Source: an uncultured Bacteroidales bacterium
Lineage (GTDB): Bacteria; Bacteroidota; Bacteroidia; Bacteroidales; UBA7960
Assembly (NCBI GenBank): GCA_964477035.1
Contig: CAYZCW010000004.1
Span: forward strand, 187,882 to 251,881
Direction of reading: 5' to 3'
DNA: 64,000 bases
Under the pieces are notes generated by a model that was not told the DNA's origin, did not search any database, and saw only the letters and a list, made by a program, of their open reading frames with translations. The position numbers were made by a program, and so were the translations under genes. This document shows positions 35,817-44,987 of this stretch, in pieces. Within the stretch, counting starts at the first letter, position 1. Every line of letters begins with the position of its first letter.

Positions 35817-37853
35817 TCAGAAGTGCGTCAGCGCCTGCTTCACCGCGTCAAACATGGGCTGGTTGCTGATCTGTTTCCCCACGGCACGGGCCATCCAATG
35901 GCGCGGGGTCAGCCGGCCCATGGAAAACATGCGCAGGGTCTCCCCGGCAAAGTCCTTGTCCTGCATGTGATCCTCCAGCTGGAACATGATCAGCCGTCCG
36001 TAGGGGTAGTTCGACAGGTAGAGCGGCGATTGGATCATGTGGGAATAAATGGCCAGCAGGGGCACGTCCCGCTCCCCGAACACATCGGCATAATATTCGT
36101 TCCAGATGCCGGCCGCGATCCCGATCACCGCTTCCTTAAGCTCATCGGCAGTCGCCCGGGGATTGTCATACAGCCACTTCCATACCTCCATGTCGACCAG
36201 GGATACCCCCATCATTTCATAATTGTCCCAGAACACATCCAGGACCTCCAGGACCTCCTGCATGGGGTCCGGCCGGCTGATGCCCAGCAGGTCCATGTCC
36301 CTTCGCTGGAACATAAAGGCCAGGGCTTCGGTAAAGGCCGTGTTGGGAATGCCGTTGATGAAATAATTCCCCGTCATATGGGTGCTGATGGTCTGCTCCA
36401 CATTGTGCCCGTATTCATGCACGGCGATGTTGTACCCTTTGTAATCCATCCCGCCGGGCCCGATACGTGTCCGCAGGTGGGAAGGCATGCTGCGCATGGA
36501 GGTGCGCCAGGCGTGCCCGGATCCCCTTGCCGGATCCACATCGATGCGGGAGGCGATGAACGCCGACTGATCGGCAGGGAATCCCAGCTCCCGCAGAAAG
36601 AACGGCAGGTCACGGTTGAAAGCCTCTGCGTCCGGATAGCGCCTTGTGGTGATCGCATCCAGCTCTTCCTCGGCGATGCCGCTCCTTGCCTTGAAGCCAT
36701 CGTACCAGAGATCAAAGGGCCGGAGCTCACGACCGAGCCGCTGGCTGATCAGTTGTCCCATTTCGCGGATCAGCGGGGAAGCAGCGTATTCCCTGAACAG
36801 GACCTCCACTTCTTCCTGGGGAATTTCCATGGTGCCGTTGAAATGCCGTTGGATATAGGTATCCATCGTCGGATAATAGGGGTCGACCGACTGCAGGGCC
36901 CTGAAATTGGCCAGCAGGTGCTCATACCTGCGGGTGTCCTCGGGGGCCAGTTCCACCGGCTGCCCGTCCTGCCATGTTTCGTTGCTGTATGGATTCCAGG
37001 TATATTCCCGGCTGTTGATTACCTCCAGGGGGATGTCCTGTTTGATGATCCGCAGCATGACCTGGTAAAGCATATCCATTTTTTCCAGGCCGTCCGGTTG
37101 ACCGTAATTGGAGCGGATCTCGTCGCGGAGGTTCCAGTGCGCAAGCAACTTCATCTGCTCAGGGAAGAGACTGTTGCCCTCCGGTCCGACCAGCTTGCCG
37201 GCAAAAATATTGTATTCCGAAATATAAAGCCTTCCCTGGCTGTATACCCGGTTCATTTCCTGGAGCAGGGCAGGGGGCACCCTGGCCGTGAAATAGTCAC
37301 CCAGCCTGGCCATGCCCCATTGGGTGTCATCCCACTGTCCTCCAAGGGCGTTTTTTTCCTCCAGGGTGTAGTGGGGGAAGTTCAGGGTGATGAAAAAGGC
37401 AATCTGGTTGTTGTAGAAGTCCTCCTGCAGGTGGGACGAGGCGCTGTAGGCCCCGAACAGCTGATCGATCGGGTGAATGGGTCCCCGGTCCTCATGAATC
37501 TGCCTGTTCAGCTCCAGGGTGATGCGGTTCATGTAACCATACAGGTGTTCAAAATAATGGTCCAGGCGTTCGAATACCAGAAGCCTTTCCTCTTCCGAGG
37601 CAATGAATTGCCGGGTGCAGAAGTCCTCGAAGTCCCCGGCATCTCCGTCGCTGCTGCGCCACAGGCCGGCGGTTTGCTGCACCCCACGGCTGATGCGGTC
37701 GTGCTGGTCCGGTCCGTGGGTTTCGGAAAGCAGGTCGATGACCCTGTCGATGGTGGCAGCGTCCACCGGACTGGTTTCCGTGCCGGGCCCGGCTGGCTGC
37801 TGACAGGCCCCCAGAAGGAACAGGGCTGCAAGGTAAACGAAGGGTTTATTCAT
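35817..37853 (-). CDS. Lipoprotein with HExxH zinc-metallopeptidase motif
   Basis: It has a lipobox (MNKPFVYLAALFLLGAC) and the motif AVHEYGHNVEQ, in about 678 aa. The peptidase family was not identified by eye. Confidence 0.65.
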   Translation of the reverse strand: MNKPFVYLAALFLLGACQQPAGPGTETSPVDAATIDRVIDLLSETHGPDQHDRISRGVQQTAGLWRSSDGDAGDFEDFCTRQFIASEEERLLVFERLDHYFEHLYGYMNRITLELNRQIHEDRGPIHPIDQLFGAYSASSHLQEDFYNNQIAFFITLNFPHYTLEEKNALGGQWDDTQWGMARLGDYFTARVPPALLQEMNRVYSQGRLYISEYNIFAGKLVGPEGNSLFPEQMKLLAHWNLRDEIRSNYGQPDGLEKMDMLYQVMLRIIKQDIPLEVINSREYTWNPYSNETWQDGQPVELAPEDTRRYEHLLANFRALQSVDPYYPTMDTYIQRHFNGTMEIPQEEVEVLFREYAASPLIREMGQLISQRLGRELRPFDLWYDGFKARSGIAEEELDAITTRRYPDAEAFNRDLPFFLRELGFPADQSAFIASRIDVDPARGSGHAWRTSMRSMPSHLRTRIGPGGMDYKGYNIAVHEYGHNVEQTISTHMTGNYFINGIPNTAFTEALAFMFQRRDMDLLGISRPDPMQEVLEVLDVFWDNYEMMGVSLVDMEVWKWLYDNPRATADELKEAVIGIAAGIWNEYYADVFGERDVPLLAIYSHMIQSPLYLSNYPYGRLIMFQLEDHMQDKDFAGETLRMFSMGRLTPRHWMARAVGKQISNQPMFDAVKQALTHF

Positions 37854-37986
37854 GGTTTGTCTGTTTGGGATTTCTCCTACAAACCTAAAAAAAAAAAGCA
37901 GACCTTCCACCTGCCCGGTTCTTCCGATTCTCCTGCCCATCAGGCCGTGGGCAGGGACATACATGCCGGGAAGGAGCATCTTGGAT

Positions 37987-39627
37987 TTAGGGTCTTTTCT
38001 TTAACGACTTGAGTTTGGCCGGGATGCTTTCGGAGGCGTCCACAAAAGGAAGAAGTACCAGGTCGGCCCCGGCAATTTCCAGTTCCTTGGCCGTTCGCCC
38101 GGTGTAGGAGGTCAGGGCAATTTTCCCTTCATAACCGGCATGCTTGAGGTATTTGATCAGGGCAAGGTTGACGGCTTTGTCGTCCAGGGTGGAAATCACG
38201 CACTGGGCGCGCAGGGGCAGGATTTCAGGCAGTTCCGGGTCATCTGCATCGCCGTATTGCCCTGCCCGTCCTTTTCTCTTCCAGCGCTTCAGGGCCCTGG
38301 GATCGAAGTCGACGCCAAACACACGGAACCCCTCATTTTCCAGGCTTTTGGCGATGTTGTTGCCATACATTCCCAGCCCAAACAGGATGACATCGTAGGT
38401 TGTGCCTTCATTTTCGTTCCCTGCCGACTCCATGTCCGGATTTTTTTTCTCGAACAGGCCCAGGGCGGGCGACACCCGTTCGTACAGCTGGTGTGAATAC
38501 ATGATCAGGTAGGTGGAGATTCCAATGGTGATCAGTCCCACGAGCGTAATCAGTCCCAGCGTCTCCTCATCGATCTGCCCCAGGCTCATGCCCAGGGCGG
38601 CCAGGATGAGGGAAAACTCAGAGATCTGCGCCACATTCAAACCTGCAAGGAAGCCGGTCCGTTTGCGGTACCCCATGATCCCGAGGATGATCATGACGAT
38701 CACCGGGTTGCCGATCAGCACGAACAGCGAAAGCACCACGGCCGGTCCGATCTGCTGGCCCAGCAGAGGCACGTTGACCTGGCTGCCCAGGTGGATGAAG
38801 AAAAACAGCAGCAGGAAGTCCCGCACCGAAATGAGCCTGCCGGCCACCACTTCACGGTAAGGGGTGGAAGCCAGGGAGATGCCCCCCAGGAAGGCCCCCA
38901 CTTCCTTGCTGAACCCGAGGAAATCGCTCAGGGCCGCCAGGGCGATCGCCCAGGCCAAAGCGAACAATACAAGCAGCTCCGGGGTGCGTGCCATCAGGGA
39001 GGTGACCCGTGTGAGTACGTAGCGCATGAGCAGCAGGACCAGCAGGATCAGCCCGATGCCCTTGACGGCCACGGCCAGGATCTCATGCCACAGGGTACCC
39101 TCGGACGGGGTGCCCATGGCCGACAGGACGATCATGGCGAGAATCACCACGATGTCCTGCACGATGAGGAACCCGATGGAGATCTGTCCGTGCAGGGAAC
39201 TGATCTCTTTTTTGTCCGAAAGCAGTTTGACGATGATGATGGTCGAGGAAAAGGTGAGCGCGACGGCGATGTAAATGCTGGTGACCGGCTCAAAGCCAAG
39301 CCAGAGGCAGATAAAGTAGCCAAATACCGAAGTGAACAGCACCTGCCCGAGGCCGGCATACAGGGCCACCTTGCCGGTCGAGCGAATCAGTCCCACGTCC
39401 AGCTTCAGCCCCACGGCAAACAAAAGCACGGCAATGCCCATTTCGGACAGCAGGAGGATCTTGTCGTCCGAGCGCAGCAAGTCGATCCCATAGGGCCCGA
39501 CAATCAGTCCCACGGCAATGAATGCCACGATCAGCGGCTGCCGTAGCAGCCGGCCGATGAAGCCTGCCGCGACCGCGATGCCCAATATGGCCGCAAACTC
39601 CAGAAAAGTATCGGAAAATACTTCCAT
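37987..39627 (-). CDS. Cation:proton antiporter (CPA2/Kef-like) with C-terminal RCK/TrkA-N domain
   Basis: About 12 TM helices are followed by a Rossmann-like block DVILFGLGMYGNNIAKSL. Confidence 0.85.
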   Translation of the reverse strand: MEVFSDTFLEFAAILGIAVAAGFIGRLLRQPLIVAFIAVGLIVGPYGIDLLRSDDKILLLSEMGIAVLLFAVGLKLDVGLIRSTGKVALYAGLGQVLFTSVFGYFICLWLGFEPVTSIYIAVALTFSSTIIIVKLLSDKKEISSLHGQISIGFLIVQDIVVILAMIVLSAMGTPSEGTLWHEILAVAVKGIGLILLVLLLMRYVLTRVTSLMARTPELLVLFALAWAIALAALSDFLGFSKEVGAFLGGISLASTPYREVVAGRLISVRDFLLLFFFIHLGSQVNVPLLGQQIGPAVVLSLFVLIGNPVIVMIILGIMGYRKRTGFLAGLNVAQISEFSLILAALGMSLGQIDEETLGLITLVGLITIGISTYLIMYSHQLYERVSPALGLFEKKNPDMESAGNENEGTTYDVILFGLGMYGNNIAKSLENEGFRVFGVDFDPRALKRWKRKGRAGQYGDADDPELPEILPLRAQCVISTLDDKAVNLALIKYLKHAGYEGKIALTSYTGRTAKELEIAGADLVLLPFVDASESIPAKLKSLKKRP

Positions 39628-39630
39628 GGA

Positions 39631-40431
39631 CTAGGCTTTTTTGAACTGGTCGCGGATCTGGGTCAGGAAAGCATGGTACAAGGACGGTCCGGCGGCGACA
39701 ATCTCTCCTCCGAAAAGGTAGTTGCCGCCCCCACCGAAGTCGGAGACCTTTCCGCCGGCTTCGCGCACAATCAGGCTGCCGGCCGCCACATCCCAGGGAT
39801 TGAGGCTGTACTCAAAGAAAGCATCGAAGCGTCCGCAGGCCACATAGGCCAGGTCGACGGCCGCGCTGCCGAGCCTTCGGAGGCCGTGGGTGTTCTCCAT
39901 ACACCACCTGAACATCTTAAGGAATGGCTCCATGCGGCTGTAGTCGTGGTAGGGGAAACCGGTGGCGATGAGGCCATCCCTGAGCGAAGGCGGCCTGGAT
40001 ACATGGATCCTTTCCCCGTTGAGAAAAGAACCCTGTCCGGCCATGGCGGAAAAACACTCCCCGCGGTTTGGCTCATAGACAGTGCCCAAAACCACCTCGG
40101 AATCCTGCATCAGGGCAATGGAGACGCTGAATACCGGAATCCCGTGGATGAAGTTGGTGGTGCCGTCCAGGGGATCCACCACCCAGCGGTGGCTCTTCCC
40201 TTCCCTGCGGATGGTGTTTTCTTCAACGATGAAACCGGCCTCCGGGATCAATGGCTGAAGCCTTTCCACAATCATCCTCTCGGCCTGCTGGTCCACATAG
40301 GTGACAAAATCATGGAGGCCCTTCACTTCGATATCCGAACGGCTGATGCGTCCGGCCTCTTCCAGTATATAGGCGCCCGCCTCGCGGGCAATCCGTTCTA
40401 CTTCCGCGCTAATGGATTTCAGGTCTGTCAT
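39631..40431 (-). CDS. Inositol monophosphatase family protein
   Basis: Carries WVVDPLDGTTNF and WDVAAG. The start was trimmed to MTDLKSISAEVERIA (ATG at 40431). Confidence 0.85.
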   Translation of the reverse strand: MTDLKSISAEVERIAREAGAYILEEAGRISRSDIEVKGLHDFVTYVDQQAERMIVERLQPLIPEAGFIVEENTIRREGKSHRWVVDPLDGTTNFIHGIPVFSVSIALMQDSEVVLGTVYEPNRGECFSAMAGQGSFLNGERIHVSRPPSLRDGLIATGFPYHDYSRMEPFLKMFRWCMENTHGLRRLGSAAVDLAYVACGRFDAFFEYSLNPWDVAAGSLIVREAGGKVSDFGGGGNYLFGGEIVAAGPSLYHAFLTQIRDQFKKA

Positions 40432-40490
40432 GATGTTTGCGTTCGATGGGCAGGGACCAGTGTGTCCGGCCAGGGGATATGGAAAGTCCC

Positions 40491-41807
40491 TCAGACCAGG
40501 AAAACGAGGTCGCCGCCCAGATTGTTCAAATTCACTTCGGTGACCTGGTTCACCAGGGCCGGGTCGTAGTTCGTCTGCACCCGGATGTAATTTTCGGTGA
40601 ACCCTCCCATGGTGCCGCCCGCCTGCCCCTCCTCCCAAAGCACCCTGGCGGTCGTGCCGAGCTGGCCCTCATAGAATTTTTTCTTTTTTTCGTCGGACAG
40701 GGCATGCACCAGCCTGGACCGGTGCTGACGCGTGGCCACAGGGACCTGCTCCGGCATGCGGGCCGCCCGGGTGTTATCCCTTTCGCTGTATGGGAACACG
40801 TGGACGTAGGACAGGTCCGTGTCCCGGATGAACTGCATGGTTTTGTCAAACAGGACATCCGTCTCCCCGGGGAAGCCCACGATCAGATCGGCTGCAATGC
40901 AGGCCCGGGGCATCAACGACCGGATTTTTTCCACCCGGCCGGCAAACAAGGCGGTATCGTATCGCCGCCCCATGGCCTTCAGCAGCTGGTCGCATCCGGC
41001 CTGCAAGGGGATGTGGAAATGCGGCATCAGCCGGGACTCCCGGGCCACCAGTTCAATGATCCCGTCGTGCAGCAGGTCCGGTTCGATGGAGGAAATGCGG
41101 ATGCGTTCAATCCCTTCCAGGCCCGCCAGGTCATTCAGCAGGTCGATAAAGCGTTCCTTGTGTGCTTTCCCGAAATCACCGATATTGACCCCGCTCAGGA
41201 CAATTTCCTTCATGCCGGTGCCGGCCAGCCGGGAGGCTGTCCTGAGGGTGGCTCCGATGGTGCCGCTCCGGCTGTGGCCCCTTGCCATGGGGATGGTGCA
41301 ATAGGCACAGAAATAGTCGCAACCATCCTGGATCTTCAGGAAAGACCGGGTGCGGCCCTCTGCCGACCAGGAAGGTTCGAACTGCACGGGCTCATGGGTC
41401 AGGACGCCCTCCCGGGCGCCGGGGACGGGATCCTGGCCCGGAGCGCGGCTGGTTTGCCCCCATCTCTTGATATGCTCGAACAGGCTGAACTTATCGGCAT
41501 TCCCCAGCACCAAACCCACTCCAGGCAGGCGCAGCAGTTCCTCCGGGTTGATCTGGGAATAGCACCCGATGACCGCCACCATGGCTTCCGGGTTCCTATT
41601 CATGGCCTGGCGAACCAGGGCCTTGCAGCGCTTTTCGGCATTTCGTGTCACGGAACAGGAATTGATCACATAGATGTCAGCTTTCCCGGAAAAGGCGACC
41701 TGCCGGTAGGTCCCGTTTTCAAACTGGCGGCTTATGGTGGATGTTTCACTGAAATTCAGCTTACATCCCAGGGTGTGGAATGCGATGGTGCGTGGTGTCT
41801 GTCTCAT
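40491..41807 (-). CDS. mtaB: tRNA methylthiotransferase MtaB (radical SAM)
   Basis: N-terminal block AFHTLGCKLNFSETS, radical-SAM cluster CDYFCAYCTIP, and a C-terminal TRAM-like region. Confidence 0.85.
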   Translation of the reverse strand: MRQTPRTIAFHTLGCKLNFSETSTISRQFENGTYRQVAFSGKADIYVINSCSVTRNAEKRCKALVRQAMNRNPEAMVAVIGCYSQINPEELLRLPGVGLVLGNADKFSLFEHIKRWGQTSRAPGQDPVPGAREGVLTHEPVQFEPSWSAEGRTRSFLKIQDGCDYFCAYCTIPMARGHSRSGTIGATLRTASRLAGTGMKEIVLSGVNIGDFGKAHKERFIDLLNDLAGLEGIERIRISSIEPDLLHDGIIELVARESRLMPHFHIPLQAGCDQLLKAMGRRYDTALFAGRVEKIRSLMPRACIAADLIVGFPGETDVLFDKTMQFIRDTDLSYVHVFPYSERDNTRAARMPEQVPVATRQHRSRLVHALSDEKKKKFYEGQLGTTARVLWEEGQAGGTMGGFTENYIRVQTNYDPALVNQVTEVNLNNLGGDLVFLV

Positions 41808-41977
41808 TTACCACAAAGTTAAGCCGAATATCCATTGGAGCAATCCTTCCTTGCAAACCGCATGGACAGGCTGTTTCATTTACTTCCACGGCACGCAATT
41901 TGATTTTGATTGTTTTTTTTTATTACATTTATGTTTCTTTTATTCTTTGTTAACCCCAAGTAAATAACCAAAAATCG

Positions 41978-42556
41978 ATGAACATGAGAAAGATTAGCTT
42001 GTTGGCCGCCATGTTGGTAATGCTGAATACGGCCCCGTCATTCAGCCAGGGAGTGGATTACAGTGATGTGAATATTTTTGGTGCCGGGATCAGCCTGGGC
42101 TGGTATGGTCACGGGTTTTACGGGAGCCGGAGCATCAGCATCCCGCCCCTGAGTGCCTATTACGAAATGGGTGTTCACGAATACATCACGGCAGGTCCCT
42201 TTGTGGGGTTTAACCGCTGGTCCTACAGATACTCCAACTCCAGGTACTCCTGGACCTACATCCATGCCGGTCTGCGTGGCAGTTTCCACTATTCCGGCAT
42301 TCTGAACGAAATGCTCGATGGGGACATTGACGAAAGCAAGCTGGATTTGTATGTAACCCTCATGTCGGGTCTCCAGTTGCAGACATACACGACCAATGAA
42401 CCATTTCTGGAAGGGCTGTATGACAACCGGGTGCGCTTTTTCCTCGGGCCCGTGGCCGGACTGCGCTATAATTTCTCCGAAAGTTTCGGGGTTTTCGCAG
42501 AAGGGGGTTATGGCTCCCTGGGAGCGCTGACCCTGGGGATCTCCATGAAATTATAA
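41978..42556 (+). CDS. Small outer-membrane beta-barrel (porin-family) protein
   Basis: It has a signal peptide (MRKISLLAAMLVMLNTAPSFSQ) and G/Y/S-rich alternating strands, in 192 aa. Confidence 0.55.
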   Translation: MNMRKISLLAAMLVMLNTAPSFSQGVDYSDVNIFGAGISLGWYGHGFYGSRSISIPPLSAYYEMGVHEYITAGPFVGFNRWSYRYSNSRYSWTYIHAGLRGSFHYSGILNEMLDGDIDESKLDLYVTLMSGLQLQTYTTNEPFLEGLYDNRVRFFLGPVAGLRYNFSESFGVFAEGGYGSLGALTLGISMKL

Positions 42557-42585
42557 TATCCGAGCGCTTACTGAAGTCCCGGCGG

Positions 42586-43575
42586 TTACGGCAACGCATA
42601 TTGCCTGAGCCGTTCCGGGATCAGTGGGTGGTAGGGGTTTGCCTCCAGAGGTACCGGGGGCTGCCCCATCTCCTCCATGATTTTCTGACCCCTGTAAGGG
42701 TCCAGCACAAAGGCGGCAAAACCTTCCGCCAGTTCCTTGTTGCGGGCCTTGTGCGGGATGGTGAGTCCATAGATCATGGGCTGCCCCGTTTCCTCCAGAA
42801 GGCTTCCCGGGGTGGCCCCCTGGGTGGTCGTGCTGACCCTTGCATACCAGGATGAGAAGCGGGCATCACCCAGGTTCAGTTCAGGAGGCAGGGTCAGGTA
42901 AGGCAGGCCATGCTGGCTGGCCACACTGCGGTAGAGAAAGATGTAATCGATATGTCGGCTCTCCAGCAGGGCAACCAGGTCTGTTTCCTTGGGCCGGATG
43001 TTGCCGGGATTCTTATCCAGTAAACTTGGAGCCAGCCTGTCGTCACCATAATACAGGCCGGCCAGCTTGGCCGTGAATACCGTGCGGACCCCGCATGGGT
43101 CATGATCGGGGTCGCTCCGGCCAATCCTTACGTCGGGTCTTAGCAGGATCTCATACCAGTTGTCCACCTGGATCTCCTCTGCGTACCTGGAGTTTGCTGT
43201 ATAAACAATGGCCATTTCATTGGCGGCAAAGGGCAGGTACCAGGAGGCGTGGTCCGGGATCAGCATGTGTTCGATCACCATATAATCGGCCGAGAGGAAT
43301 ACGTCGCACGGGGTGTCGAGTTCCATAACCCTCCTGGCCCCCGCCTTGCTGCCCCATGCCTCGGTCAGTATCCGTGTCCCCGGGTTTTCTTCCATAAAAG
43401 CTTTGCTGATTTCCTTTACGGGCAGGGACAGGCTGCCGGCATGAATGATGTGCAGGGTCTTTTCCTGGTCCACCTGGCTGCGGCCCGAAGGAGAGCAGGC
43501 GGACAGGATGATGGCGGTAACCGGGAGAAGCAAGGCAATCAACGGCCTGGGGGCCTGCATGGATCGGTATGTCAT
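42586..43575 (-). CDS. WtpA-type tungstate/molybdate-binding periplasmic lipoprotein (orphan; no permease or ATPase adjacent)
   Basis: It has a lipobox (IILSAC). Blocks HAGSLSLPV, NWYEILLRPDVRIGRSDPDHDPCGVR and IYGLTIPHKARN match my memory of WtpA/ModA-class binding proteins. The start was set to the ATG at 43575, downstream of the -7 box. Confidence 0.7.
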   Translation of the reverse strand: MTYRSMQAPRPLIALLLPVTAIILSACSPSGRSQVDQEKTLHIIHAGSLSLPVKEISKAFMEENPGTRILTEAWGSKAGARRVMELDTPCDVFLSADYMVIEHMLIPDHASWYLPFAANEMAIVYTANSRYAEEIQVDNWYEILLRPDVRIGRSDPDHDPCGVRTVFTAKLAGLYYGDDRLAPSLLDKNPGNIRPKETDLVALLESRHIDYIFLYRSVASQHGLPYLTLPPELNLGDARFSSWYARVSTTTQGATPGSLLEETGQPMIYGLTIPHKARNKELAEGFAAFVLDPYRGQKIMEEMGQPPVPLEANPYHPLIPERLRQYALP

Positions 43576-43602
43576 GAAAGGCTTGTTTGGGATTTCCAGG
43601 AT

Positions 43603-43610
43603 CAAAAGTA
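43603..43610 (-). promoter_or_regulatory. Candidate -7 box TACTTTTG for the WtpA-like gene
   Basis: Perfect TAnnTTTG on the minus strand, 27 nt upstream of the ATG at 43575. This argues against the TTG at 43605 as the start. Confidence 0.4.
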
Positions 43611-43619
43611 AGAAAAATA

Positions 43620-43692
43620 CCGTGGGGGACTTCCGGGTCGGCTCCCTGCCGTGGTTCCGGAGAGCAAAAGGGTTTCCCTGTCCCTGCTTTTG
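43620..43692. promoter_or_regulatory. GC-rich island of nested inverted and direct repeats between two divergent promoters (function unknown)
   Basis: Inverted pairs: GGGAC (43626-30)/GTCCC (43680-84), TCCGG (43632-36)/CCGGA (43657-61), CGGC (43639-42)/GCCG (43648-51), AGGG (43669-72)/CCCT (43676-79). Direct repeats: CCGTGG x2, TTCCGG x2, TCCCTG x3. Confidence 0.35.
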
Positions 43693-43694
43693 TA

Positions 43695-43725
43695 TTTGGA
43701 ATGTTGTTATTTTTATTTAGATTTG
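43695..43725 (+). promoter_or_regulatory. Candidate promoter of arcC-argF (-33 TTTG, 19-nt spacer, -7 TAGATTTG)
   Basis: TTTG lies at 43695-43698 and TAGATTTG at 43718-43725. This would give a leader of about 240 nt before the ATG at 43974. Confidence 0.4.
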
Positions 43726-43732
43726 CAGTTCT

Positions 43733-43929
43733 TTCCCCTGAAGGGAAGGATAAGTAATTCGTATAAAATTTATCAGCCTTCGTGAATTCCCTGGCACTTT
43801 GCGATATGGTTTTCTTTCAGTCACTGGCCGGCATTCCCAATTAGGTGCCCGGACGGGCAAGGCATTGCCCGGTTTCTGTAAGATCATCACATCCGAATAG
43901 CCTTCAGGGGAACTATCAAAGGCTTTTTT
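43733..43929 (+). promoter_or_regulatory. Structured 5' leader of arcC-argF with a terminator-like hairpin (candidate attenuator or riboswitch-like element)
   Basis: A 12-bp long-range pairing joins TTCCCCTGAAGG (43733-43744) to CCTTCAGGGGAA (43901-43912). A 7-bp GC hairpin spans 43854-43871. A stem AGCCTT (43899-43904)/AAGGCT (43919-43924) is followed by TTTTTATTTT. Confidence 0.3.
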
Positions 43930-43973
43930 ATTTTGTGCATACAGGCACCAACCCTCTTAAACCCCAACCAGGA

Positions 43974-44918
43974 ATGAAAAAATTATCGGTGATTGCATTT
44001 GGTGGAAATGCCCTGCTCAGGGGTGACCAGGTGGGAACCATTGATGAGCAGGAGCAAAATGTGTATGAAACTTGCCAGCACCTGGTGCCCTTGCTAAAAA
44101 GCGGGTACGACCTGATCATAGGCCACGGGAACGGCCCCCAGGTGGGCAACGTCATGCTGCAGCACGAGGCCGGGAAACGGGTCTATGACCTGCCCGTCCA
44201 ACCCATTGATTTCTGCGTGGCCGAAACCCAGGGATCGATTGGTTTCATGATTGAGCAGCAGCTGCGCAATGTGCTTGCGGAACACGGGATCCGGCGCAAC
44301 ATTGTCACCCTCGTCACCCAGGTCATGGTCGACCGCCAGGATGCCGCTTTCAGCAACCCGACCAAGCCGGTAGGCCCCTTTTATACCCAGGCCGAAAGGG
44401 ATGAACTCATGGGGCTGCATCCCGACTGGGTTTTTCACGAAGATCCGCGCAACCGGGGATGGCGCCGGGTGGTGGCCTCTCCCAGGCCGCTGGAGATTCC
44501 GAACTGGCCTGCCGTGGAAAAGCTTGCCCGGGAAGGCAATATCGTGATCACTGTGGGAGGGGGTGGGATCCCGGCCTATGTGGATGAAAAAGGCAAGATC
44601 ATCGGGATTGATGCCGTCATCGACAAGGACCTGGCTTCTTCCCTTCTGGCCAACAAGGTCCGGGCAGATGAGTTTTGCATCCTGACCGATGTACCCCATG
44701 CCTATATCAATTTCCACAAACCCGGCGAGCAGAAGCTGGGCCGGGTAAGCGTCCGGGAGATGCGCCGTCACCTGAACGAAGGACAGTTTGCCAAAGGCAG
44801 TATGGCGCCAAAGGTCGAGGCTTGCCTGGAGTTTGTTGAGAATGGCGGGCAGGAAGCCATCATCACCCAGGCCGATCAATTGGGGATCGACGGCAAAGGC
44901 ACAGTCATCCACCGGTGA
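43974..44918 (+). CDS. arcC: Carbamate kinase
   Basis: Starts MKKLSVIAFGGNALL and carries GHGNGPQVG and a C-terminal ...GKGTVI. The start was trimmed from the 357-aa ORF. Confidence 0.9.
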   Translation: MKKLSVIAFGGNALLRGDQVGTIDEQEQNVYETCQHLVPLLKSGYDLIIGHGNGPQVGNVMLQHEAGKRVYDLPVQPIDFCVAETQGSIGFMIEQQLRNVLAEHGIRRNIVTLVTQVMVDRQDAAFSNPTKPVGPFYTQAERDELMGLHPDWVFHEDPRNRGWRRVVASPRPLEIPNWPAVEKLAREGNIVITVGGGGIPAYVDEKGKIIGIDAVIDKDLASSLLANKVRADEFCILTDVPHAYINFHKPGEQKLGRVSVREMRRHLNEGQFAKGSMAPKVEACLEFVENGGQEAIITQADQLGIDGKGTVIHR

Positions 44919-44987
44919 TTGGCTGTCGGCCAATACTTAAAACCCAACACCCAAAAACCAAACTTTAAACCCCTAAATAATACAACC

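Noticed and set aside
43649-43664. CCGUGGUUCCGGAGAGC (plus strand) resembles the GGUCCGAGAG core of the ykkC/guanidine-I class. The minus-strand CUCUCCGGAACC...GCCGACCCGGAAG loosely resembles my memory of Moco-riboswitch core strings.
   Set aside because: The rest of either motif is missing, such as the ykkC 3' domain with ACACGG...GGGA...CCCGGGAG and the multi-stem Moco architecture. The element also lies upstream of both predicted promoters. It is kept only as an unexplained structured island pending cmsearch.
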